A stretch of DNA of 64,000 nt, taken from NCBI GenBank assembly GCA_036344075.1, contig JAYYUJ010000018.1:460-64459 (forward strand), given 5' to 3'. Origin of the DNA: Pseudomonadota bacterium (GTDB lineage Bacteria > Pseudomonadota > Gammaproteobacteria > Pseudomonadales > UBA7434). Both the position numbers and the translations under genes were made by a program. Each line of letters opens with the position of its first letter. Within the stretch, counting starts at the first letter, position 1. Positions 11,193 through 19,850 of the stretch are shown piece after piece. The notes beneath the pieces are model-generated. The model was not told where the DNA came from, searched no databases, and saw only the letters and a program-made list of their open reading frames with translations.

Positions 11193-11876
11193 CTATTCCG
11201 CTTTTAACGTGTCAACGCCATCTACAGAAGCCAGCAATAAAACATTGGCTGGTCTAAGGGCAAACAAGCCATTGGTGACTACGCCAGTAATCTGGTTGAT
11301 ATTGCGTTCTAGTTCGCAGGCATTATCAATCGTCATATTCCTTACATCTAAAATATGATTGCCATTATCAGTGATAACGCCTTCGCGGTAAACCGGCGTA
11401 CCGCCGAGTCCGACTAGCTTTCTAGCGACATAACTTCTAGCCATGGGAATTACTTCGACGGGCAGCGGGAATTCGCCCAACATGTCAACCAGTTTGCTCT
11501 GATCGGCAATGCAGATAAATTCTCGGGCTACTGCGGCAACAATTTTCTCTCGTGTAAGTGCAGCGCCGCCTCCTTTGATTAAATGTAAGTGCCGGTTAGC
11601 TTCATCAGCACCGTCAATATAGAAGTCTATTTCAGGCACATCATTTAAGTCTACAACCGTAATACCGTGCTCTCGTAAGCGCTGAGTGCTTGCCTCTGAG
11701 CTTGACACGGCCGCCTTAAAATAGCTTTTTACTGAGGCCAATAAGTCAATAAAAAAGTTAACCGTTGAGCCTGTGCCAACACCAACGATGCTATGGTCTT
11801 CGAGTAAGGGTTTAATCCTGTTTAAAGCCGCTTTAGCTGCATTGTATTTGAGTTGATCTTGCTCAGATAAGGCCAT
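11193..11876 (-). CDS. rpiA: Ribose-5-phosphate isomerase A
   Basis: 227 aa. Motifs seen: [13 protein letters not shown] and [11 protein letters not shown]. Confidence 0.93.
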
Positions 11877-12068
11877 GTATTTTCCCGATAATTGTTCAGA
11901 ATGGGTCGAACTATTAGTGAGTATTCTGCGCTATTTGCGCTCAGTTTTATAGCGTCTATGATAGCGTGTTTGTGCTTAAGTTGAAATCATCGCGTAGGAT
12001 ATTTATGGTTAAATTAATCGCCTAATCAATACGATAAAAGGTGCATGCTGAATACGTTTGGGGATTAA

Positions 12069-12671
12069 TTATCCGCTGCAGTAATATGTTGTGCTCGGAG
12101 TGGCGATAAAATCTAATGCAATGTCCCAATCAGCGGCGGGTAAATTTTGAATATGTTGAAAATCATGAGCGAGGCCGATGGTAGAAGCGCTAGTGCATCG
12201 GCTTAAGAAGCGATCATAAAATCCACCGCCACGTCCTAAGCGATTGCCATGCTGATCAAAACCGACCAGAGGTACTAACACAAGGTCAATCGTATCATCG
12301 TTGATAAAAGTTAAATTTTTTGGCTGCTGTATTCCCCAAGGCCCAGCAGCGAGTTTATCTTGGTCCTTGTAGTGAGCAAATTGAAGCTGCCGCTGATCCT
12401 CAATGACGGGTAAGGCAATATTTTTATTGTTAGCCCAAGCGCGTTGATGAATCTCGTCAGTAGAGATTTCACCGTCATCGGGCAGATAGCTGGCTATAGT
12501 CTTGGCCTGCTTGTAAACAGTTATGGCAGAGAGTTGATTGGCCAGTTGGATACTTGCCACGGTTTGCTCATTTGGCATAAGGTGATTGCGCCTATGCCGT
12601 AACCGCAATCGCTCTGCTTGTCGAAACCGTTGCTGCTGCGGATTGAGTGATGCCGACGGTTGACTAGACAT
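12069..12671 (-). CDS. ygfA: 5-formyltetrahydrofolate cyclo-ligase
   Basis: 200 aa with the GRGGGFYDR motif. It lies immediately downstream of the 6S RNA on the same strand, as in the E. coli ssrS-ygfA unit. Confidence 0.85.
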   Translation of the reverse strand: MSSQPSASLNPQQQRFRQAERLRLRHRRNHLMPNEQTVASIQLANQLSAITVYKQAKTIASYLPDDGEISTDEIHQRAWANNKNIALPVIEDQRQLQFAHYKDQDKLAAGPWGIQQPKNLTFINDDTIDLVLVPLVGFDQHGNRLGRGGGFYDRFLSRCTSASTIGLAHDFQHIQNLPAADWDIALDFIATPSTTYYCSG

Positions 12672-12774
12672 AATAATGGCTACTTCGGTGATTAATTGAG
12701 TGGTGCTACTGGTCAGTCTATTCGAACTACCCTAATACTGATTGATGGGCGATAAAATGCTCAGCATAGGAAGA

Positions 12775-12952
12775 GAAAACTCCCCAGAATACCGCCGCCG
12801 TTGCGGCCTCGAACCGAAAGGTTCAAGGTGGTGGATCCTGCAGTGACTCAGGCTTCCCGGTCATGCCGGGTATGCACGCTGTCACTATCGAGGAGCCTCC
12901 GAGTGGGTATTATCGGCTCAAGGACATGCTGGCTAGCAAATATTCCAGGTCG
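12775..12952 (-). ncRNA. ssrS: 6S RNA (SsrS). The ends are approximate.
   Basis: The reverse complement reads ...CCUGGAAUAUUUGCUAGCCAGCAUGUCCUUGAGCCGAUAAUACCC...GGAAGCCUGAGUCACUGCAGGAUCCACCACCUUGAACCUUUCGGUUCGAGGCCGCAACGGCGGCGGUAUUCUGGGGAG.

By eye this parallels E. coli 6S in three places: CCCUGAGCCGAUAUUU; CACCUUGAACCAAGGGUUCAAGG; and GCGGCGGCAUCUCGGAGAUU.

The 5' end (12941-12949) pairs with the 3' end (12781-12790) as the closing helix, using G-U wobbles. The location between zapA and ygfA is the conserved one. Confidence 0.85.
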
Positions 12953-13117
12953 TTTTATCTATCTTAAACGATCTTTGCTTTGAGGACTATGGCTCAATAG
13001 CGGGATTTACATTACAAATAACGGTTGATGTTGGATCAAGAGATTCAATTTGACGCTTTGTTGATGGCTTGACGAAGTTATGCTGTTTTATACCAGACAA
13101 GTAGCACCGAAAATGGC

Positions 13118-13477
13118 TTAGATTTTTATGGCTTTATTATCTTTTAGCGCTTTATCAAGTTTGCGGTCAATTTTTTTCAGTAATGTTTGTGTATCGTCTG
13201 CCTCTAGCGCGTCTTTGGTATGTAAAAATTCATGGCTAAGGTTTAAGCCTGCCATGACGGCAATGCGCTCAAGACCAATGACTTTTCCTGAGTCGCGAAT
13301 ATTTCTCATTCTTTGGTCCAGTTGGCGAGCTGCCTTAAGTAGGTCATCTTGTTGACCAGAAGGGCAGGCAACTTGAAAATCCTTATCCAGTATATTGACA
13401 TTTAAGGTGCTCAACTCGGAATTATTGGCCGTTCCAGTTTTTTTAGGTGGTACTTCCCCGCGTGATAATTCTTTCAT
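13118..13477 (-). CDS. zapA: Cell division protein ZapA
   Basis: 119 aa. The core ILDKDFQVACPSGQQDDLLKAARQLDQRM...GLERIAVMAGLNLSHEF matches the ZapA fold signature. The synteny matches zapA-ssrS-ygfA. Confidence 0.9.
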   Translation of the reverse strand: MKELSRGEVPPKKTGTANNSELSTLNVNILDKDFQVACPSGQQDDLLKAARQLDQRMRNIRDSGKVIGLERIAVMAGLNLSHEFLHTKDALEADDTQTLLKKIDRKLDKALKDNKAIKI

Positions 13478-13680
13478 TCGCCGGCCTCCATCGATTTTAA
13501 GCGGTTAATCATAGCTTCCACTTTACTTCTAGCTGTCTCGTTTTTGATAAGCAGTTCACGACGTTCAGTTGCCCATTCATCCTCTCTTATGCGTAAAGAT
13601 CGATTCTCTTTATCTAACGAATAACACAATGCAATGAGTTCATCAAGCTTGTTCTCTAGATGTTTCAATTGGTCTTTCAT
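13474..13680 (-). CDS. Small coiled-coil protein (TIGR02449 / ZapB-like), translationally coupled to zapA
   Basis: 68 aa with a heptad-rich sequence (LENKLDELIALCYSLDKENRSLR...). Its stop overlaps the zapA start by 4 nt. A similar small gene precedes zapA in pseudomonads, from memory. Confidence 0.6.
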   Translation of the reverse strand: MKDQLKHLENKLDELIALCYSLDKENRSLRIREDEWATERRELLIKNETARSKVEAMINRLKSMEAGE

Positions 13681-13860
13681 TATTAAGCCTTTGATCTTCT
13701 GGGTTTTCGTCGTCGAACAAGCCTGTTGATAACGGCCAAATGAGCCTATCAGCTAACGACTTCTCTGGTAAAGATCGTTAATATAGAGTGCGAGGTGGAA
13801 TTGGTCAATATTTGCAATGCGCGTGAATGATGCTCAGTGAGCAATTGCTGCTGATTTTGG

Positions 13861-13889
13861 TTCAGATATGCTTCTAGTCCCCGTATAAT
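13861..13889 (+). promoter_or_regulatory. Candidate sigma70 promoter for ygfB-pepP-ubiHI
   Basis: The -35 is TTCAGA (13861-13866), followed by a 17-nt spacer and a perfect -10 TATAAT (13884-13889). The -10 lies 38 nt upstream of the ygfB ATG. This is sequence pattern only. Confidence 0.35.
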
Positions 13890-13927
13890 TAGCCTTTATT
13901 CAGTGTTTTTAAAAAAGAAGGTATAGG

Positions 13928-14707
13928 ATGAATTACTTTGAGGGGCTAACGCCACAAAATTTTGAAGAATTAGCCGATTGGCTGTTAACGGTCAGCAGTC
14001 AATTTTCACCTGCTGAGCTGCATGGGGCTATTATTGGCGCTCTCAGTGGCACCATGAGACTCAGTGATGAAAAGTGGGCGCAATTTGGCTTGGCGGTCAT
14101 GGGTGCGTCAAAAGAGACCATGCAGCAATTCGGTGATTTGGCCGCTTCGGTGCTTGGTGGTCTCGCTCGCGAGCAGTTGGCAGTTCTGATCAATGACGAT
14201 TTGGCATTTCAACCGTTTTTGCCAGATGATGATGAGACGATCGAGGATAGAACCGATGCTTTGTCCCAGTGGTGCCGAGGTTTTTTAGGTGGTTTTGCCG
14301 AGGCGCAAGCCTACCTTCAAAAACAGCCATCGCAAGAGCAGGCTGCGGCAAATACTCCCAGCTTTTCTGAGACGGTTCAAGAGGCAATCGGTGATTTATC
14401 AGCGATTGCGCAAGCTGTGGTCGAAGACGAAGGCTACTCAGCCGATGACTACGACGATGATAGGTATATTGGCGATGACCCCTTAGCCATTGAAAGTTTT
14501 CTTAATGAAGACGGGGAGGCATTTGAGCAAGAAGTGGGTGACGCACAGGCGGCTGAAAAAAATTATATGGAGATCATCGAGTATTTGCGATTAGCCACCA
14601 TGACTATTTTTACTGAGTACGGCTGGATCGAAATCCATCATCAACAAGAATCTTCCCCAGCCGCATTTACGGCCCAAACAAGGAATCTAAATGGAACCTT
14701 ACATTAG
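13928..14707 (+). CDS. ygfB: UPF0149 family protein YgfB (expanded acidic linker)
   Basis: 259 aa. It shows the AELHGAIIGALSG block, RTDALSQWCRGFLGGF, EIIEYLR and a C-terminal ...TLH. These parallel E. coli YgfB as remembered (AEMHGLISGM, RADALAGWVNHFLLGL, EIIEYVR, ...PTLH). Conserved position upstream of pepP. Confidence 0.88.
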   Translation: MNYFEGLTPQNFEELADWLLTVSSQFSPAELHGAIIGALSGTMRLSDEKWAQFGLAVMGASKETMQQFGDLAASVLGGLAREQLAVLINDDLAFQPFLPDDDETIEDRTDALSQWCRGFLGGFAEAQAYLQKQPSQEQAAANTPSFSETVQEAIGDLSAIAQAVVEDEGYSADDYDDDRYIGDDPLAIESFLNEDGEAFEQEVGDAQAAEKNYMEIIEYLRLATMTIFTEYGWIEIHHQQESSPAAFTAQTRNLNGTLH

Positions 14708-14857
14708 GCTTTATTAAAAGCATTAAGGCGACCTTGATTATGTGCAATTATTGTGATGAAAAGGGATTAAACTAAGTGATCAGCTAGCTCGTATTACAGT
14801 AACCTCATGCACAGATACGACTACCATTAAACGATTAAACTAATGGGTTAATACTTA

Positions 14858-16630
14858 ATGCTCAAGCAAAGAAAATTACCTTCAAAGCCTTTGCCGACGA
14901 TCAGCAAGCGTGAGTTTGCTCGTCGTCGAGAACAATTAATGGAGCAGATGGAAACAAACAGTATTGCAATTCTTCCGTCCGCCAGTGCGGTGATTCGAAA
15001 TCGAGATGCTGAGTTTAAGTATCGTCAAGACAGTGACTTTCATTATTTAACTGGCTTTAATGAGCCAGATTCGGTGTTGGTGTTAATTCCTGGCCGTCAT
15101 CACGGCCAATGTTTATTTTTTTGCCGTGAGCGAGATCCCGAGAGAGAATTATGGGATGGCTACCGCCAAGGGCCCGAAGGCCTATGCAATAATTTCGGTG
15201 CCGATGATGCTTTTCCAATCAGTGATATTGACGACATTTTACCTGGGCTTTTAGAGGGCCGCGATCGCGTTTACTATTCCATGGGTAAACGACTTGAATT
15301 TGATAAACGGATTATGGACTGGGTCAATGTGTTGCGCGCTAAAGCTCGCTCTGGTGCTCATCCGCCCGGCGAGTTTTCTGATCTCGATCATATTGTTCAT
15401 GACATGCGCTTGTATAAAAGTGCCGCTGAATTACGCATTATGCAGCAAGCTGCTTCTATTTCAGCTGACGCTCATACTCGCGCGATGAAATTCTGTCGAC
15501 CGGGCATGATGGAGTATGAATTAGAGGCGGAGTATCTGCATGAATTTGCCTCACGCGGTGCGCAGGCTGCGGCTTATAATTCGATTGTTGGCGCAGGCAA
15601 GAATGCCTGTATTCTGCATTATGTTGAGAATAACAGCATAATACAGGATGGCGATTTAGTGCTGATCGATGCCGGTTGCGAGTTAAATTACTACGCTGCC
15701 GATATTACTCGCACCTTTCCCGCCAATGGCCTCTTTAGTCGCGAACAGCAAGCGCTGTATGAGGTGGTGTTAGCCTCTCAGCAAGCGGCGCTAGAAACCA
15801 TTACACCTGGAGGGCATTGGAATCAATCTCACGATGCGACAGTGACAGTTATCACCCAAGGCTTGTTAGATCTGGGTATTTTACAGGGTGAACTAGCTGA
15901 ACTGATTGAGACCGAAGCCTATCGTCCTTTCTATATGCACCGTGCTGGCCATTGGCTGGGCATGGATGTTCACGATGTTGGTGATTACAAAGTTCACGAT
16001 GAATGGCGAGTGCTTGAGTCGGGTATGGTCATGACGGTTGAACCGGGTATTTATATTGCTGCCGACAATCAATCGGTGGCCGCTAAGTGGCGAGGTATTG
16101 GTATACGTATTGAAGATGATGTGGCTGTGACAGCGACTGGCCATCAAGTCTTAACTGAGGAGGTTATTAAGACGGTTGATGATATTCATCAGTTGATGCG
16201 GCCTTTGGTAGTCAAGCGTAGCAGTATTGATCCCGCGCAAATAGATTTTATTAGCGATGATGGACAATACTCAGCACAAGAGAATAGCTTCGTTAAGAAT
16301 CAGGCAGCGCGTAATAGTAAGCCAAGTGACCAAGCTAAGCCCGTGTTGAAAGCCAGTACAAAGAAAAAATCAATTATCAAGAAAAAAACCACTGCTAAGA
16401 AAAAAATCAGCACTAAGAAAAAACTGACTACGAAGAAAAAAGTAGCTGTGAAGCGTAAGACTGTCACTAAGAAAAAAGTAGTCGCTAAGAAAAAAATTGC
16501 AGTTAAGAGGTCGGCCGTAAAAAAGAAAATAAGTGTAAAAAAGAAATCGGCTGTTAAAAAGAAAGCAGCGGCTAAAGGTCGACCTAAGTTGCCCGTTAAA
16601 AAGCGCGTAAAAGTGAAAAGTAAGCGATGA
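14858..16630 (+). CDS. pepP: Xaa-Pro aminopeptidase PepP with an approximately 145-aa lysine-rich C-terminal extension
   Basis: 590 aa. The M24B core is complete: DSDFHYLTGF, LIDAGCELNYYAADITRTFP, HRAGHWLGMDVHDVG, VEPGIY and GIRIEDD. The core ends near ...VDDIHQLMRP (about aa 445). The ORF then continues through a polar linker and KKKxxx repeats to a stop that overlaps the ubiH ATG. Confidence 0.9.
   Translation: MLKQRKLPSKPLPTISKREFARRREQLMEQMETNSIAILPSASAVIRNRDAEFKYRQDSDFHYLTGFNEPDSVLVLIPGRHHGQCLFFCRERDPERELWDGYRQGPEGLCNNFGADDAFPISDIDDILPGLLEGRDRVYYSMGKRLEFDKRIMDWVNVLRAKARSGAHPPGEFSDLDHIVHDMRLYKSAAELRIMQQAASISADAHTRAMKFCRPGMMEYELEAEYLHEFASRGAQAAAYNSIVGAGKNACILHYVENNSIIQDGDLVLIDAGCELNYYAADITRTFPANGLFSREQQALYEVVLASQQAALETITPGGHWNQSHDATVTVITQGLLDLGILQGELAELIETEAYRPFYMHRAGHWLGMDVHDVGDYKVHDEWRVLESGMVMTVEPGIYIAADNQSVAAKWRGIGIRIEDDVAVTATGHQVLTEEVIKTVDDIHQLMRPLVVKRSSIDPAQIDFISDDGQYSAQENSFVKNQAARNSKPSDQAKPVLKASTKKKSIIKKKTTAKKKISTKKKLTTKKKVAVKRKTVTKKKVVAKKKIAVKRSAVKKKISVKKKSAVKKKAAAKGRPKLPVKKRVKVKSKR
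16361..16627 (+). repeat. Imperfect tandem 18-nt (hexapeptide K-K-K-x-x-x) coding repeat inside the pepP 3' end
   Basis: The units begin aagaaaaaa / aaaaagaaa at 16361, 16379, 16397, 16415, 16433, 16451, 16469, 16487, 16505 (a 15-nt unit), 16520, 16538 and 16556. A degenerate K/R-rich end follows at 16574-16627.

They translate as KKKSII KKKTTA KKKIST KKKLTT KKKVAV KRKTVT KKKVVA KKKIAV KRSAV KKKISV KKKSAV KKKAAA, then KGRPKLPVKKRVKVKSKR. Confidence 0.95.
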
Positions 16631-17934
16631 TACATAGTAAAGATCAATTGAATAAATTACGCGATCAGTATGACATCGTCATTGCTGGTGGTGGTTTGGT
16701 AGGTATCAGTTTAGCTTGTGCTTTGGCTGCGAGTCATCAGCAGTTGTCGATTTTACTGGTCGATAATTTTCCAATTAAGAGCGTAAGTCAAGGCGGTTTT
16801 GTTGCGGGTCCCGTCTATCACCCTAGTTTTGATGCTCGGGCGACCGCATTGTCTATGGCCAGCATTGAGATCTATCAGCGTTTGGGCGTGTTGGATGATT
16901 TATTGTCGCATGCAACACCAATTAGTGATATTCATATTTCAGACCGAGGCCACAGTGGCAGTACGGTATTGAATGCAGCGCAACAAGCCAAAACAGCCTT
17001 CGGCTATGTGATTGAAAATCAATGGTTAGGCGCAGTGCTACTTAATCGATTGATGAGCTTGCCATCGATAGAGTTACTTAGTGAAGCAAAGGTAGCGGAT
17101 ATTGTGCCGCGACAAAAAGGAACCACAGTCACTGTCTCGGTAGATGATCAACAAGGGTATCATGGGGTAGAAGTTACTGCTGCCTTATTGGTGGTGGCCG
17201 ATGGCGCGCAGTCGGGCTTGCGTGAAAGCTTAGGTATTTCGGCGAGTGTAAAGCGGTACGATCAGCAAGCTGTAATCGCTAATGTGCAAACGCAACTGCC
17301 ACATAATGGTCAGGCGTTCGAGCGATTTCTTGCTGATGGGGCAGTGGCGTTTTTGCCTTTGCCCGACTTGCCCAGTGCGCCGCGACGCAGTGCCTTGGTG
17401 TGGACCATGCCAAATCTGCAGGACACTGATAGAAAAAAAAATATTGCTGCCTTAAACGACCGAGACTTTATTCGTGAATTACAGTCTGTCTTTGGCTTTC
17501 GTTTGGGTGAAATCCAGCAAGTCGGCCGCCGTCAGAGTTACCCTTTAGAGTTGACTTTAGCTAATGAGGTGATTAGAAATCATATTGTTATTATGGGCAA
17601 TGCTGCGCATGCATTGCATCCGGTTGCAGGGCAGGGATTTAATTTATCTCTTCGTGATATTGCTGCATTAACTGAATTGGTAAGCCAAGCCGCAGTTAAC
17701 AATAAAGACATCGGAGAATTATCATTATTAGAAAATTATGCAAAAGCACAGCTCAAAGATCAAAATAACACAATAAGTTTTAGTCATTATTTAATTGAGT
17801 TATTCGGCCGTCAAGCTTTACCCATTCAAGTGGGCCGATCGTTAGGTTTATTGGCGTTAGATATTTTAACGCCAGCAAAGCATCGTTTTTCAGATCAAGC
17901 ATCAGGGCTTAGTGGTCGTAGGTCAGTGCTATGA
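16627..17934 (+). CDS. ubiH: FAD-dependent ubiquinone biosynthesis hydroxylase (2-octaprenyl-6-methoxyphenol hydroxylase)
   Basis: 435 aa. It has the IAGGGLVG dinucleotide fold, DGAQS and GNAAHALHPVAGQGFNL (UbiH/COQ6 signature). It is the first of two paralogues after pepP, as in E. coli pepP-ubiH-ubiI. The start overlaps the pepP stop (ATGA). Confidence 0.85.
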   Translation: MIHSKDQLNKLRDQYDIVIAGGGLVGISLACALAASHQQLSILLVDNFPIKSVSQGGFVAGPVYHPSFDARATALSMASIEIYQRLGVLDDLLSHATPISDIHISDRGHSGSTVLNAAQQAKTAFGYVIENQWLGAVLLNRLMSLPSIELLSEAKVADIVPRQKGTTVTVSVDDQQGYHGVEVTAALLVVADGAQSGLRESLGISASVKRYDQQAVIANVQTQLPHNGQAFERFLADGAVAFLPLPDLPSAPRRSALVWTMPNLQDTDRKKNIAALNDRDFIRELQSVFGFRLGEIQQVGRRQSYPLELTLANEVIRNHIVIMGNAAHALHPVAGQGFNLSLRDIAALTELVSQAAVNNKDIGELSLLENYAKAQLKDQNNTISFSHYLIELFGRQALPIQVGRSLGLLALDILTPAKHRFSDQASGLSGRRSVL

Positions 17935-19172
17935 ATTTAACTTATGACATCGCGATAGTCGGTGCAGGTATAGCGGGTAGCGCATTGGCGTGCTCGTTAG
18001 CAACCGCAGCTAAAGATAAACCTTTGCGGATCGCTTTAATTGAAGCCCATACTATCGGCGATATCTTGCCGAGTTGCGATGAAGGCATTAATGATTTTGA
18101 TCCGCGTGTGAGTGCACTTACCCTTGGCTCGCAACAATTTTTTGAATCGATTGGTGTATGGTCTGATATTGTGGGTCAGCGATCCTGCGGCTTTGATAAA
18201 ATGACTGTCTGGGATGCCGAAGGCACCGGCCATATTGAATTTGATGCCGCTGATGTTCGCGCCAGTCGGTTGGGTTATATCGTCGAGAATCGAGTGACTG
18301 TTGGCGCATTGCATCAACGAATAAAAATACTGTCCAGTGTGGATGTTTTCACCCAACAAGCGGTTGCCGAATTACATTTAGCGGCTGCTGCTTCACGATC
18401 AGATTTATCCAACCTGTTGTTGGCTGATGGCCGCAGCATAGAAGCCCAGTTGATTATTGCTGCTGATGGTGCCAACTCCCCGTTAAGAAAAATGGCTGGC
18501 TTACCCATAAGAGAGTGGCCCTATCACCAATCAGCTATCGTCTGTGTGGTTGAAACCAGTCAGAGTCACGAGGCGACGGCTTGGCAACGATTTACTGAGC
18601 ACGGGCCCTTAGCATTTTTACCTCTAAGCCTGTCGCAATCAGATAAACATTTTTGTTCTATTGTTTGGTCGCAAACCGATAAAGAAAATGCGCTAACAAT
18701 AGCAATGGATGACCATCAATTTTCACAGGCATTGGGCCGTTCCTTTGAATATCGCTTAGGCGAAATCAAAAATGTCTCAAAGCGGTTCAGTTTCCCCTTG
18801 CAGCAGCGCCATGCAATTGATTATGTCAGGCCGAATTTTGCCTTAGTTGCCGATGCTGCCCATGCTATTCACCCCTTGGCTGGCCAAGGAATCAATCTAG
18901 GCTTGGCTGATGTTAAGGCCTTAACTGAGCTTATCATCGCTGGTGATGAGCGGGGTCAAATACTGGGCGATATCGGTCTATTAAAGCGCTATCAGCGGCA
19001 ACGTAAGGCTGATAATTTAGCTATGATGGCCGCTGTTGAAGGCTTAAAGCGCCTATTTCAGCCACTTCCTTTACCATTCCGCTGGTTGCGTAATATGGGG
19101 ATGAATATCTTTCACGAGCAGTCACAATTAAAAAATAAGGTGATTAAGCATGCTATGGGTATCGATCGTTAA
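17931..19172 (+). CDS. ubiI: FAD-dependent ubiquinone biosynthesis hydroxylase (2-octaprenylphenol hydroxylase, UbiI/VisC)
   Basis: 413 aa. Motifs seen: VGAGIAGS, DGANS and ADAAHAIHPLAGQGINLG. A 4-nt ATGA overlap links it to ubiH. Confidence 0.85.
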   Translation: MNLTYDIAIVGAGIAGSALACSLATAAKDKPLRIALIEAHTIGDILPSCDEGINDFDPRVSALTLGSQQFFESIGVWSDIVGQRSCGFDKMTVWDAEGTGHIEFDAADVRASRLGYIVENRVTVGALHQRIKILSSVDVFTQQAVAELHLAAAASRSDLSNLLLADGRSIEAQLIIAADGANSPLRKMAGLPIREWPYHQSAIVCVVETSQSHEATAWQRFTEHGPLAFLPLSLSQSDKHFCSIVWSQTDKENALTIAMDDHQFSQALGRSFEYRLGEIKNVSKRFSFPLQQRHAIDYVRPNFALVADAAHAIHPLAGQGINLGLADVKALTELIIAGDERGQILGDIGLLKRYQRQRKADNLAMMAAVEGLKRLFQPLPLPFRWLRNMGMNIFHEQSQLKNKVIKHAMGIDR

Positions 19173-19215
19173 TCGGTAACCTGACAGAAGCGTAAGTAGC
19201 TAAGCAGGTGAGTTT

Positions 19216-19830
19216 ATGAATAATCATTTCTTTGCTTATTTAAGCAAAATGCGCTGGATTTATCGCTGGGGTATGAAGCGTAATGCGATCCAAGAAAATA
19301 TTATGGAACATTCTTATGAGGTTTCGGTGATAGCTCATGCCCTAGGCATCATAAGTAATCGATTGTATGACAACGATATTGACGCCAATGCCCTAGCTAT
19401 AACCGCTTTGTATCACGATTGTTCAGAGGTGTTAACGGGTGATCTTCCGTCGCCGATAAAGTACCACAATAAAAAAATTCGTGACGCATATAAAGAAGTT
19501 GAATACACTGCAGAAAGAGAAATGCTGTCAACCCTCCCGGTTGAGCTACAAGAGGATTATCGTAATCACTTATTGCATGAAAATATTCCTAGTGAGTTTG
19601 TTAAGCTGATTAAAGCGGCAGATATTATCGGGTCATTGATAAAGTGTAAGGCTGAAATCAACGCGGGTAATAGCGAGTTTAAACAAGCGGTACAAGATAC
19701 CGGTGAAAGATTAGCGCAAATGGAAATGCCAGAGGTCGATTATTTTTTAGAAAATTTTCTGCCCAGTTTTGATTTAACCTTAGATGAATTAATTACACCC
19801 ATTGAAACGATGTTTCCGGATAGTAAATAG
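19216..19830 (+). CDS. yfbR: HD-domain 5'-deoxynucleotidase YfbR
   Basis: 204 aa. It has RW...RNAIQENIMEHSYEVSVIAHAL and LYHDCSEVLTGDLPSPIKY (HD motif), typical of YfbR. Confidence 0.85.
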   Translation: MNNHFFAYLSKMRWIYRWGMKRNAIQENIMEHSYEVSVIAHALGIISNRLYDNDIDANALAITALYHDCSEVLTGDLPSPIKYHNKKIRDAYKEVEYTAEREMLSTLPVELQEDYRNHLLHENIPSEFVKLIKAADIIGSLIKCKAEINAGNSEFKQAVQDTGERLAQMEMPEVDYFLENFLPSFDLTLDELITPIETMFPDSK

Positions 19831-19850
19831 TAGGAAAAGCAGGCCTAATT

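Noticed and set aside
12801-12983. A 60-aa plus-strand ORF in the ygfA-zapA spacer.
   Set aside because: It is the complement of the 6S RNA gene. It has no RBS or coding features, and the conserved element here is the RNA.
16300-16647. A 115-aa Phe-rich minus-strand ORF (FFF repeats).
   Set aside because: It is a mirror artefact of the AAG/AAA lysine repeats on the pepP strand, since TTT/CTT is the complement. It lies entirely inside pepP and overlaps the ubiH start.
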